A stretch of 43,293 nucleotides of DNA from Bdellovibrionota bacterium (GTDB lineage Bacteria; Bdellovibrionota_C; UBA2361; OMII01): assembly GCA_044356215.1 (NCBI GenBank), contig JBIKWQ010000024.1, positions 1-43,293 on the forward strand, written 5' to 3'. The position numbers were made by a program, and so were the translations under genes. The notes beneath the pieces are model-generated. The model ran no database searches. It was not told the origin of the DNA and saw nothing but the letters and a program-made list of their open reading frames with translations. Shown piece after piece: positions 7,855 to 17,162 of the stretch (position 1 is the stretch's first letter; every line of letters begins with the position of its first letter).

Positions 7855-10080
7855 ATGTTCACGCAAACTGAGCCTGAGTGGCACCAGCCCACAAGAGTAT
7901 CCCCGCGAGAAGGATTGCTAAATCTTTTCCTTGGCGGCCTCAGTGTCGAGCAATGCGGATCAATCAGCGAAGCGGCATTAAGACTTCAGAAGGACGAAAT
8001 CTTTAAACACCTGACCAAATCCTGCAAGAACGAATACCAATATTTGACCCGAATACTGCGCGAATTAAATAGCCAGGAACTTAATGATGAATCTTTTTGT
8101 GCCATGTGGTTAGACTCTGCCTTGGGGATTAGAAATAATCTACTCCTTGCCGGGAACGACATATTCAAAAATCTTACTTCGAGCTTAGAGCCAAACAATA
8201 GCGGATCTGTCAAGTTAAAAGAGATTTTTGATAATTCTGCAATCCGTTTGACTCAGGCCATCCTCGATTGCCTAGGGAAAGAACATCCATCACGAGAGGA
8301 TATGTTAGGTCGGCTATCAATTCAAACCTGCACCTTCCTCGGCGGAAAGGGCAGAGATGACAGTGACTTTAGGAAAAAAGTAGAAGAAAGTTGGAAACAA
8401 ATTACATTCGATTCGCGCCAGGGGCATTTCTATCATGTAAATTTTGCGGCTGACTCCTCAAAAAGCCCTGAATTCAGGGTATCTAAGGAGCTTGAAAAAT
8501 ACCGGCTGCTCTTAAAAGTTGCCAAAGAATCCCTTCGGACGCTAGCTAAGACAAGCGACACGATCGAAGCGCTTGGCATAGAGGCCCACGAAAGATCTGC
8601 TAAAGACAAGTCCGAGACCAACACATTCGCGGGTATCTCGCTTCCCGAGAGGAAGAGAGATCAAATGCCGGTTTTGTTATTTGGTGAGAATATAAGTCGA
8701 TTGTTTAAGTTCTTATCGAATCAGAGCTCTCATCTTGAGCGAGTTGGTCGTCTCGCAGACACTAATCGCGACATATCTCCGCGAAATCGTTTTATCTATC
8801 TGCCCGCTATCACGAAATTTGGTAACAATACAGGTGCTGGCGCCTTTGCCAAGTCCGTTAAGTTGATCTTCGGCAGCATGGCACTTAAGGATCCGACCAA
8901 ACTAAACGGAAAAATTCTAGCTCTAGATCCTGGTCTTCCGTTTCCGGGAACGTGTCAAACAGCGCGGCTATCTTTTCTTGTAGCTCTTTCGGAATATGTC
9001 GCCTCTCACGGTGGCACGTTATGGCTTGCCACTGAATACCAATCAGACGTTAAGCTGCTTGATTTATCTGGAACCAAATTCAGATATCTTAGCCCCAAAT
9101 CCAGCGAAGATAATATCAAATGGGTGAGTATAAACGAGGTTGACGATATTTTAGCGCTCACACAGGTAGAAGCCTCCACCAAAAAATCGATTTTCGCTAA
9201 ACGCTTGACAGAGCAACGCGATATCGACCGCACGAGCATCAATTCCCTTCTTTTTAGCTTTGCGAGTTTGCCGGAATTTTTGTACAGAGTCCCCGCGATT
9301 AAGGCGAGTGACAATAGCGATGAATACACCCATCGCCAGTTGGCTGAGTTTTTTTTGAGTAAAGTAGCAACGGTTGTATCCGATCGATTCTACGATTCTA
9401 ATGAGACGACCGAATCATCACCCTATGTTGCGGGCAAGATTACTTTCATAATTAACGGCAATCATTCGGGGGAAGTAGCGCTTTCTGGATTGAATTGGAC
9501 GCTCCCGATCGTCATTTATGGGCCCAACTCATCCGGTAAGTCAGAACTCCTTCGCCAGATGTTTATCAATCATGCAACGTGCTTCTACCAAATGAGTAAG
9601 TCTGGAGCCTCAAATGACCAGGGCGCGCCGCTCTCCATCCCATTTTTTGTCGGCGGTGGCACTCTTGAGCAACAACTACGGAAGATCTCCTTTATTTTTG
9701 AGAAGGCAGAAGGACGAAGCGACACATCTCTCTATGTTGATGAATTTCAGGCCCATCCAGAGGATGCCCGAATTCTGCAAGAGATCCTGATTGAAGAGTG
9801 CTCCACACGGAGTATTCATCTGACATTCGTATCAAATCAGCCCGAAAGCGTCGAGAAGCAGCTAAGAGAGCTTGATGGTCAGGCAATCAGAGTCAGTCGA
9901 GAAGAGAACGGTGTGCGCTCTTATGAAGTTTTTGGTCTAAGCTCTCAAGCTTTAGAGTTTAAACCAGAGCATTCAGCTACAGAGGGAGCTTTTCGCGCAC
10001 TTGAAGGGATAGTGCCGGAAGAATTATTGAGGCGGGCTAGGGAGATCGCGGGGGAGATCTCGGACAAGCGAGGGCGTTAG
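7855..10080 (+). CDS. Divergent MutS-related P-loop ATPase (tandem MutS_V-like domains)
   Basis: IYGPNSSGKSELLRQ (Walker A), LYVDEF (Walker B), and a C-terminal 'IVPEELLRRAREI' resembling the MutS dimerisation helix. An upstream degenerate copy of the same motif series is present. Confidence 0.6.
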   Translation: MFTQTEPEWHQPTRVSPREGLLNLFLGGLSVEQCGSISEAALRLQKDEIFKHLTKSCKNEYQYLTRILRELNSQELNDESFCAMWLDSALGIRNNLLLAGNDIFKNLTSSLEPNNSGSVKLKEIFDNSAIRLTQAILDCLGKEHPSREDMLGRLSIQTCTFLGGKGRDDSDFRKKVEESWKQITFDSRQGHFYHVNFAADSSKSPEFRVSKELEKYRLLLKVAKESLRTLAKTSDTIEALGIEAHERSAKDKSETNTFAGISLPERKRDQMPVLLFGENISRLFKFLSNQSSHLERVGRLADTNRDISPRNRFIYLPAITKFGNNTGAGAFAKSVKLIFGSMALKDPTKLNGKILALDPGLPFPGTCQTARLSFLVALSEYVASHGGTLWLATEYQSDVKLLDLSGTKFRYLSPKSSEDNIKWVSINEVDDILALTQVEASTKKSIFAKRLTEQRDIDRTSINSLLFSFASLPEFLYRVPAIKASDNSDEYTHRQLAEFFLSKVATVVSDRFYDSNETTESSPYVAGKITFIINGNHSGEVALSGLNWTLPIVIYGPNSSGKSELLRQMFINHATCFYQMSKSGASNDQGAPLSIPFFVGGGTLEQQLRKISFIFEKAEGRSDTSLYVDEFQAHPEDARILQEILIEECSTRSIHLTFVSNQPESVEKQLRELDGQAIRVSREENGVRSYEVFGLSSQALEFKPEHSATEGAFRALEGIVPEELLRRAREIAGEISDKRGR

Positions 10081-10291
10081 ATATTATCCCGCAGAGCGGC
10101 GGAAATGGTGTCCTGAGCATTCGGCCACGTCGCTTACGCTCAGACAGCTCCTCGGCAAAGAGTTGTAGCGAGTCTGAATCAGTCGGAATTGGCCGGAAAT
10201 AGGCCATTATAGAACACGACTCTACATAGCCTCTATACCATGAACTAGTCTCGGCCTTTATTATCGGCTATCTTTTGAATAGAATTTCAGG

Positions 10292-11434
10292 ATGCAAACT
10301 AATCATCAGCCGGAGATACCCCCGCAACAAATTTACGCCGAGGTTTCTAAACTTCTAGGTGCGGCTATAAACGAATTACCTAAGTCTAGAGACAAACAAG
10401 CGCGCGACGATCATCTTCTTCAGATCGAAAAAAGCTATGAAGCATTTTCCAAGGATGAGCAGGATCAATTTGATATCCGCTTATGCGATCTTCTTCTTAA
10501 TAAACTCGATAAAGCGCTACGCGGAGCGAGGTCCTGTCTGGCTAATCAAGGTGCCAACCCTGAAGAGACTTATAAGACTATCGATGAAGGGCATAGACTG
10601 TTGTCATTATTTATAAGCTGCTCTTTTCCGGATTCGAGATTCGGGTTTCTCGGGGATACTCCCAAAAAAGTGTGCGCTCAGATGTCTCATGATTTCGACA
10701 GTGTTTATCGTGGCCTTTTGTTCGCTTTTGAACGTCCTAATAGTTTAACTAACAGTCAGCCCGCTCTTAACAGGACCATCGATTTCTGCGCGGCCGTGCT
10801 TGCCGCACAACGCACTCTTCTGTTATTAGGAGATGTTCAAAGAGCCGAATTCGATACAGAAGATCTCCTGGATCTTGCCATATCTCAAATCGCTAAAGGA
10901 AAAGAGAGAACTCTCAACATAAAACTGGATCGCACGCGAGCCTCACATATATACACCGATCCGAACTGTCTAACCTTGGTGCTCTATAACCTACTAAAAA
11001 ACTCCGTGCGAGCAACCGAGGGACTGGAGAGCCGAAAGATCTCAATAACGGTTGATAACACTAGTGACCAATGGTGCACCGTCATCAAAGTTACAGACAA
11101 CGGCAAAGGTATCGCTTTAGATCAACTAAGGGACGAGATCGCCAAGATAGTCGAAGCCACCGCGTCTGATATGAATGATGAGGATGTTCTTAAATGGCTT
11201 TTCGATCCGCGAATCTCGATGTCTAACGGGGGAACCGGGCTAGGCCTGCATTTGGTACGTACTCTGATAGAGGATCGACTAAAAGGCCATGTTAGTATAG
11301 CGAATACCTCGGAAAGCGGAACCGAGATTCTGATTCTGCTTCCTAAAGGCCCTAAACATAGCTCCGAATGCGAACTTGAGGTATGCACTCTATCAAGCCT
11401 GCGAACGAAGTCACTAAGCGGATACCTGCGCTAA
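10292..11434 (+). CDS. Soluble histidine kinase-like protein (HATPase_c domain)
   Basis: N box YNLLKNS, G1 DNGKGI, F box LFDP, G2 GGTGLGL; possible H box MSHDF; no TM segment. Confidence 0.8.
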   Translation: MQTNHQPEIPPQQIYAEVSKLLGAAINELPKSRDKQARDDHLLQIEKSYEAFSKDEQDQFDIRLCDLLLNKLDKALRGARSCLANQGANPEETYKTIDEGHRLLSLFISCSFPDSRFGFLGDTPKKVCAQMSHDFDSVYRGLLFAFERPNSLTNSQPALNRTIDFCAAVLAAQRTLLLLGDVQRAEFDTEDLLDLAISQIAKGKERTLNIKLDRTRASHIYTDPNCLTLVLYNLLKNSVRATEGLESRKISITVDNTSDQWCTVIKVTDNGKGIALDQLRDEIAKIVEATASDMNDEDVLKWLFDPRISMSNGGTGLGLHLVRTLIEDRLKGHVSIANTSESGTEILILLPKGPKHSSECELEVCTLSSLRTKSLSGYLR

Positions 11435-11470
11435 TCCGAGTCTGCAATACCCCCCCCCCAAAAAAAATCA

Positions 11471-12397
11471 CTACACCGGCAACCGAGATCTCTTCCGATC
11501 AAGGAACGCGTTTGGTCTGCCTAATGTGTTCTTGTAAACACGAGCTAAATAAAGTGAGATAAAACTCAACACGATTCCGCAGTAGCTAAAACCAACCATA
11601 ACTAACGCTAGCTGCGCCCATAGAGCTTCTTGGCTAAGCGCGATACAGAACAATACAGTCATAATCAAAAGCCAAACTGGAAGAGCGTAAAGAGCGAATC
11701 TCAAAAAGATCGTAGTTGAAGCCAGTATCCCAGCCACTGCGAATACAACCATGCCCCAGATATTATAGTGGGTCTCACCGGCTATTCGCTTATGGCGCTT
11801 ATAAGGCAACCCGACACGTTTAAATCCAACACGCCCGATCGAGGCGCGAATAAATGGAAATGACGAGTTATCTTGAACAACCGCGTCGCGCACCTCTCTG
11901 GTCATCAGAGAGAACTCAGCCATATCAAGGATCACGTCGTCATCCCCAAGCGCTCTAATCACTCGGTAGAAGACCTTCCTCAAAAACTTGATGCTCTCAA
12001 CCTCCTCACGGTCTACACGCTCTCCGTAGACGATATCAAAACCCGCTCTGTGCTGATCGATAAATTGATGGATCATCTCTGGGGGATCCTCACAATCAAC
12101 ATCAATAAACACATAGAGATCGGCATCTGTATTCTTTAGGCCGAACTCTAGTGAACGTTGATAGCCGACATTTCTGGCTAATGAGATGAAAAATATCCGT
12201 GCCGATCCTGGATCTAGCGCCTCTATCGACTTGATCGTTCCATCATTTGAGGCGTTGTTAAGAAACACAACATGACAGGTGTAATCACTCGACAGCTTAT
12301 CAACTACCGGCCTTAAGCGCTCATAGAAAAGCGCTACCACTCGCTCTTCGTTGTATACCGGAACAAGTATCGCCAGAATCGGTTTTGTTTCGCTCAT
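11471..12397 (-). CDS. GtrB-like polyprenyl-phosphate glycosyltransferase (GT2 with two C-terminal TM helices)
   Basis: LVPVYNEE, SLARNVGYQ, DVDCEDPPE, 'R.AGET.Y', two TM helices, YLARVY...RP. Confidence 0.85.
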   Translation of the reverse strand: MSETKPILAILVPVYNEERVVALFYERLRPVVDKLSSDYTCHVVFLNNASNDGTIKSIEALDPGSARIFFISLARNVGYQRSLEFGLKNTDADLYVFIDVDCEDPPEMIHQFIDQHRAGFDIVYGERVDREEVESIKFLRKVFYRVIRALGDDDVILDMAEFSLMTREVRDAVVQDNSSFPFIRASIGRVGFKRVGLPYKRHKRIAGETHYNIWGMVVFAVAGILASTTIFLRFALYALPVWLLIMTVLFCIALSQEALWAQLALVMVGFSYCGIVLSFISLYLARVYKNTLGRPNAFLDRKRSRLPV

Positions 12398-12411
12398 TTA
12401 TTCTTTCCCTA

Positions 12412-13533
12412 TTAAGATCGCGCGCTAGATAACTGGCCTTGGAAGTATTCCAACTGCTCTAAGCTAAATCTCGTAATATCAACTTTTGAGTAGTAATTCT
12501 TGTACCAATCAGCGGTGAGCTCAAGAGCCTGGTCAAGGGTGCAGATCGGACGCCACTTAAGCTCATTGTACGCTAGCGAGCTATCTAGCCTTAGAAAATT
12601 AGCTTCTTTTAATAGTTCAGCCTGGCTCACAGCTCTATCACCCGCCTGCATCAGTCTCCACAATGCTCCAGCCCCCCAGCGATCCGCTAGCTTATCGGCC
12701 ACATACGATACTGGGCGTGTATCGGTCGGAAGTGGTCCAAAATTATATCCCTTTGAAAATAAGGTCGGAGAGTCAGTGACACTTTGCGCTAAGAGAAGAT
12801 ACCCACCAAGCGCGTCCAAAACGTGTTGCCACGGTCTTATCGAATTTGGGTTACGCACAACCGCGGCTTCTCCCTTTGAGAAGGCAACCATGCAATCAGG
12901 AACTAGTCGATCGAGAGCCCAATCGCCACCACCTATAACGTTACCCGCCCTCACTGACGCTAGACCAACAGAGAGATTCCCTGAATTATCGAAGAAGGAG
13001 CCACGGTAGGATGCCGTCACCAGTTCAGCGCACCCCTTGCTGCTACTGTATGGGTCCTTGCCTCCCATCGGATCGCTCTCACGATAAGCGTAAGGCCACT
13101 CGCGATTATCGTAACATTTGTCACTCGTGATATTTATAACGGACCTAACACTCGGCGCTCTTCGAACGCTATCTAAAACATTAACAGTTCCGATTACATT
13201 TGTAGTAAATGTGTCGACTGGGTCTGAATAAGACAAACGCACCAACGACTGCGCCGCCAAGTGAAATACGATCTCTGGTTTGTGGAGCGCGAGAAGGTCC
13301 TCAAGCGCTTTTAAATCTCTCACATCCCCTTGAATACTTACTAGGCTTGAGTCCCATTTAAGCGCGTCAAATATACACGGTGAACCAACACTTCCCTTTG
13401 AGAAACCGATTACCTTAGCATCTAGATGTCTAAGCCAGAGCGATAACCAAGCTCCTTTAAAGCCAGTGTGCCCGGTGACCAGCACCGTTTTGTTTCGCCA
13501 GAATTCCCGTTTAATTATTCCCAAGTCTTCCAC
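12412..13533 (-). CDS. rfbG: CDP-glucose 4,6-dehydratase
   Basis: [56 protein letters not shown] start at 13533 with upstream GAAGG preferred. Confidence 0.95.
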   Translation of the reverse strand: MEDLGIIKREFWRNKTVLVTGHTGFKGAWLSLWLRHLDAKVIGFSKGSVGSPCIFDALKWDSSLVSIQGDVRDLKALEDLLALHKPEIVFHLAAQSLVRLSYSDPVDTFTTNVIGTVNVLDSVRRAPSVRSVINITSDKCYDNREWPYAYRESDPMGGKDPYSSSKGCAELVTASYRGSFFDNSGNLSVGLASVRAGNVIGGGDWALDRLVPDCMVAFSKGEAAVVRNPNSIRPWQHVLDALGGYLLLAQSVTDSPTLFSKGYNFGPLPTDTRPVSYVADKLADRWGAGALWRLMQAGDRAVSQAELLKEANFLRLDSSLAYNELKWRPICTLDQALELTADWYKNYYSKVDITRFSLEQLEYFQGQLSSARS

Positions 13534-14285
13534 GGCGCCTTCCCTTCTTGCCACATATTCTCCAGCATATTTTTCTCGCGAAGAGTGTCCATCGGCTGCC
13601 AAAAACCATCGTGCGTGAAAGCTTGTAGCTGAGCATCTCTCGCCAACCTAGACATCGGATCTCGCTCCCAGATGGAGCTATCACCATCTATGTAATCGAG
13701 GCATTTAGGGGACAAAACAAAGAATCCTCCATTGATGTAACCACCGTCACCTTGAGGTTTCTCCTCAAAGTGAGTCACTTCAGCGCCGCTCATTCCCAGA
13801 GCACCGAAGCGTCCAGGGGGGCGGGTCGCTGTTACTGTGGCCAGCTTTCCGTGCGAGTGATGGAACTTTATCAACTTAGTCAAATCAACATCTGAGAGAC
13901 CGTCGCCGTAAGTTAAACAGAAGTCATCAGATCCAAGATAAGGCTTCACCCTTTTGATTCTTCCTCCGGTCTGAGTGTCATCGCCAGTGTCGATTATGGT
14001 AACTTTCCACGGCTCCGCCTTCGACCTGTGAACGATCGTCTCTTTACTGGCCAAATCGAATGTTACATCGCTTGTATGGATAAAGTAGTTGGCGAAGAAC
14101 TCTTTAATCATGTAACCCTTGTACCCCACGCTAACGATAAACTCGTTAATTCCATGCGTGGAATACATCTTCATAATGTGCCAAAGAATCGGCTTTCCGC
14201 CGATCTCGACCATGGGCTTCGGACGAACCTGTGTCTCCTCAGATAGACGCGTTCCAAGCCCGCCGGCCAAAATAACTGCTTTCAT
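13515..14285 (-). CDS. rfbF: Glucose-1-phosphate cytidylyltransferase
   Basis: [57 protein letters not shown]. Confidence 0.95.
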   Translation of the reverse strand: MKAVILAGGLGTRLSEETQVRPKPMVEIGGKPILWHIMKMYSTHGINEFIVSVGYKGYMIKEFFANYFIHTSDVTFDLASKETIVHRSKAEPWKVTIIDTGDDTQTGGRIKRVKPYLGSDDFCLTYGDGLSDVDLTKLIKFHHSHGKLATVTATRPPGRFGALGMSGAEVTHFEEKPQGDGGYINGGFFVLSPKCLDYIDGDSSIWERDPMSRLARDAQLQAFTHDGFWQPMDTLREKNMLENMWQEGKAPWKTWE

Positions 14286-14523
14286 TCTCTAACTCCGTGT
14301 AGGGTTATCTTTAGAATATCTTTTGCCCTTGAGACACGTGTTCTAGCACAATGGTAGGTCTATTTCCATGAGATACCCGGGAGATAAACCACGCTAAATC
14401 AGACACCTAGGGAAGGCCGGCAAAACCCCTCCCTACTGCGAAAGCGGATCTTGAGCTGCTCTTCGAGTTTTATAGCCAGAGGCCAGCACGCCACAACCCC
14501 AAAGCCCACGGAAACACAGGTTT

Positions 14524-15594
14524 ATGAAAAACCCCATCTTTGAATACACCGTTAAAAATGCTAATCAGGACACCAGTAAACTTTATGAAATTTTATCAAA
14601 AGAGCGGACAATGACCTCCAACCTCTCCTCTAACGAAACCTTCCAGCAAGAAAGCACCAAAGCTTGTAGTTGCCCAGTTTGTGGAAGTTTGCAATCTGCC
14701 CCTCAAGTAGAGACGGCAATCAACGATGCCGCTGACTATATTACAGGAGACAAGTTTCAGGTATTACAGTGCTCTAATTGCTCTCTGGCCTGGACAGCTC
14801 CGCAACCAACCAAGTTGGACCGCTATTATCCAGCGAAGTACAGACGCTACAACGCACTCATATTAGGGATTCTAAAGACGCTTTACAGGATCCGAGCAAG
14901 AGGCTGGTCCAGCCGCTTTACTCAGCCAGGCTCCGCGCTTGAGATAGGATGTGGAGATGGATTCATGCTCGACGCGCTTAGATCTCTAGGCTGGTCGGTC
15001 AGCGGCACGGAAAGAACCGCCGATATGGCAAAGTTCGCCAGTGAGCATTTTGGGTTAAAAGTATACGCTGACGATCAGGAAAAGCTCCCCTCAGACGCGA
15101 AGTTCGACATGATTGTTATGTTTCAAGTCCTTGAGCATTTGACCGACCCTCTTGAACAGATAAAGAAATGCGCATCTCTCCTTAAACCAGGAGGAAGAGT
15201 AATTATCGGCGTACCCAATTTCTCAAGCTGGCAATCCAAATACGCTCGAGCCTCTTGGTTTCACCTAGATGTTCCTCGGCATCTATTTCACCACTCTCCG
15301 AGTTCAATGGAGCACTTAGCTCAAGCTGCCAACATGCGCATAGACAGAATCGGGTTTTTCTCACCTGAACACGATCCCTTCGGCTGGGTTCAAAGCATCC
15401 TCAACAAAGAATTAGGCAATCAAAACAGACTCACCAAATTCTTAATGAAGATGGTTAAACCTGAGGGCAGAGACTTATTAACGCTGGTAATCGCCGCGGC
15501 TCTAAGCCCCTTTTGCGCCATAGCTTCGCTAGTTAGCTGGAGTGCCAAGAAAGGCGCGATTATGCAGGTAGAGCTAGTGCCAGTTAAGAAGTAA
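14524..15594 (+). CDS. Class I SAM-dependent methyltransferase with N-terminal Cys (Zn) motif, glycan-locus type
   Basis: CPVC...CSNC, LEIGCGDG, FQVLEHL, LDVPRHL. True start may be the ATG at 14611. Confidence 0.85.
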   Translation: MKNPIFEYTVKNANQDTSKLYEILSKERTMTSNLSSNETFQQESTKACSCPVCGSLQSAPQVETAINDAADYITGDKFQVLQCSNCSLAWTAPQPTKLDRYYPAKYRRYNALILGILKTLYRIRARGWSSRFTQPGSALEIGCGDGFMLDALRSLGWSVSGTERTADMAKFASEHFGLKVYADDQEKLPSDAKFDMIVMFQVLEHLTDPLEQIKKCASLLKPGGRVIIGVPNFSSWQSKYARASWFHLDVPRHLFHHSPSSMEHLAQAANMRIDRIGFFSPEHDPFGWVQSILNKELGNQNRLTKFLMKMVKPEGRDLLTLVIAAALSPFCAIASLVSWSAKKGAIMQVELVPVKK

Positions 15595-15598
15595 CTCC

Positions 15599-16978
15599 TC
15601 ACCGTATTTTTTGAGCGGTTAGCGCGAAGGGCCGCAAAAAGCTTTTTAATCGCCTCTTGATGCCTCTTCCCTTAGCCATAGAAGTTAAGACCTGCTCTAT
15701 CGCGCCTACTCGGGTCTCGAACTCTTGCTTGGGAGCATAGTGCTTGAAGTAGCCAACGATCTCTTTAAATTGTCGGTCCAGATCCACCAACATGCTCTTG
15801 GCATCTTCTTGGGTTAAAAACGCGCCATTGCTCACCATTTTTTGAGTCTGCAAGCAACTCATGCTGTCCCTAATGACCGGTAAAAACCGCAGAAACTCCT
15901 TGGTTTTTCCAAGATCTTGCGATTCAGAATTAATCTTAGGCAAGCAGAGCTGATATGCGTTCTTAGCGAGATCCCAAGTTGTGTTGGCCGCGGTAGCTAA
16001 AGCGTTTTTCTTTAAGCGATTCAAAAGCTCTTGATCATCCCGCAACCTGATTATGGCTCTCCTGGCTCCCTCTAGGTCGTCCATCTTTACGACCAGGGCA
16101 TTTTCCTCGTGCTTAACGTATTCCTCATGACCTGAAACATCGGTCACGATCGCGGTTCCGCCACACGACATCATCTCTAAAGGAGGCAGGAAGAAGCCCT
16201 CTACTACGCTCAACTTAAGCAGCACATCGCAAGATGAGTAGACAGCCGCCATCTCCGTTGGGAGCTTAGCTCCGAGAAAGCGATCCGGTTTCCAGGACGT
16301 TTCCTTGTAGCCGTCTCCGCAGACGTACCAAACCTCGATCCCTGGAATATCTTTAGCCGCCTCAAACGCGAGACCGACCCTCTTATATGGCACAGCACCG
16401 GCACCCTCAATCAGAACTCTGAGCACTCCAGATTTCTTTTCCTCTAACGGCGTCGTTGGGCAAAACCTCTCCCGGTTAACTCCATTAGGCACTAAGTACG
16501 CCTCCTGCCCGAATTCGTCTTTAAGAAGCTGCTTAATCCAACCAACCTCGGTGATAAAAATCAGCGGCAACCGGTATGAAAGCTCCACTCCGGCTCTCAG
16601 GAAATTCTCATCCTCGCTGTAGAACCTCCTCTCGTCAGACTGAACAAAATAGGCGAACTTCTCAGCTCTTAAACTGAATATATCAAACGCAGTCTCCCAC
16701 CAAGTCGCTATTACCAGGTCAAAGCTTCTGGACATCGCGGATCTCCAATCCAAACACTCCGCTGAATATCCAAGCGCTCCGTACCATACCGGAGCTCCAT
16801 CGGCCGCGTACTTTTTATTGGGCGATATCGTCGTTCCAGGTGTCGAAACAGGAACTTCCCAGGAACGCAAAACTATGGACACTTCATGCCCAAGGGACTT
16901 GAGAATTTCGCCATGCTCGTATACTACTAAGTTGCCACCTGACAGACGATCTGCGGGCAATACAAAAGCAATTCTCAC
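15599..16978 (-). CDS. Glycosyltransferase family 4 (WsaF-like) with C-terminal helical extension
   Basis: SGGNLVVYEH, ATWWETA, YFVQ, EGFFLPPLEMMSCG. Confidence 0.85.
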   Translation of the reverse strand: MRIAFVLPADRLSGGNLVVYEHGEILKSLGHEVSIVLRSWEVPVSTPGTTISPNKKYAADGAPVWYGALGYSAECLDWRSAMSRSFDLVIATWWETAFDIFSLRAEKFAYFVQSDERRFYSEDENFLRAGVELSYRLPLIFITEVGWIKQLLKDEFGQEAYLVPNGVNRERFCPTTPLEEKKSGVLRVLIEGAGAVPYKRVGLAFEAAKDIPGIEVWYVCGDGYKETSWKPDRFLGAKLPTEMAAVYSSCDVLLKLSVVEGFFLPPLEMMSCGGTAIVTDVSGHEEYVKHEENALVVKMDDLEGARRAIIRLRDDQELLNRLKKNALATAANTTWDLAKNAYQLCLPKINSESQDLGKTKEFLRFLPVIRDSMSCLQTQKMVSNGAFLTQEDAKSMLVDLDRQFKEIVGYFKHYAPKQEFETRVGAIEQVLTSMAKGRGIKRRLKSFLRPFALTAQKIR

Positions 16979-17162
16979 AGCGCCAAACCCTCCCTGTTAA
17001 ATCATGGCCACGCGCGACGAGCCCGCTAAGACCAACCTAGTCAACTCATGCCGCCACGCCCGAGATGTTACACCAATCAATCCTATATACCAAATGCTTG
17101 AATTGGGTATCGAAGAGTAAAACTAATGGACAAGCAGTTTTACAGCTAGCAGCCTTTCTAGT

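Noticed and set aside
10081..10291. Short hairpins in the MutS-like/kinase intergenic region as an ncRNA or tRNA
   Set aside because: No cloverleaf or recognisable riboswitch consensus; stems are short.
11450..11467. C10-A8 homopolymer as a phase-variation tract
   Set aside because: Lies between two convergent stop codons, outside any CDS or promoter.
12500..13009. Antisense/overlapping ORFs in the track (e.g. 12500..13009, 40528..40995, 4215..4466, 38458..38715)
   Set aside because: Shadow frames of well-supported genes, pseudogenes or the MITE; no independent motifs.
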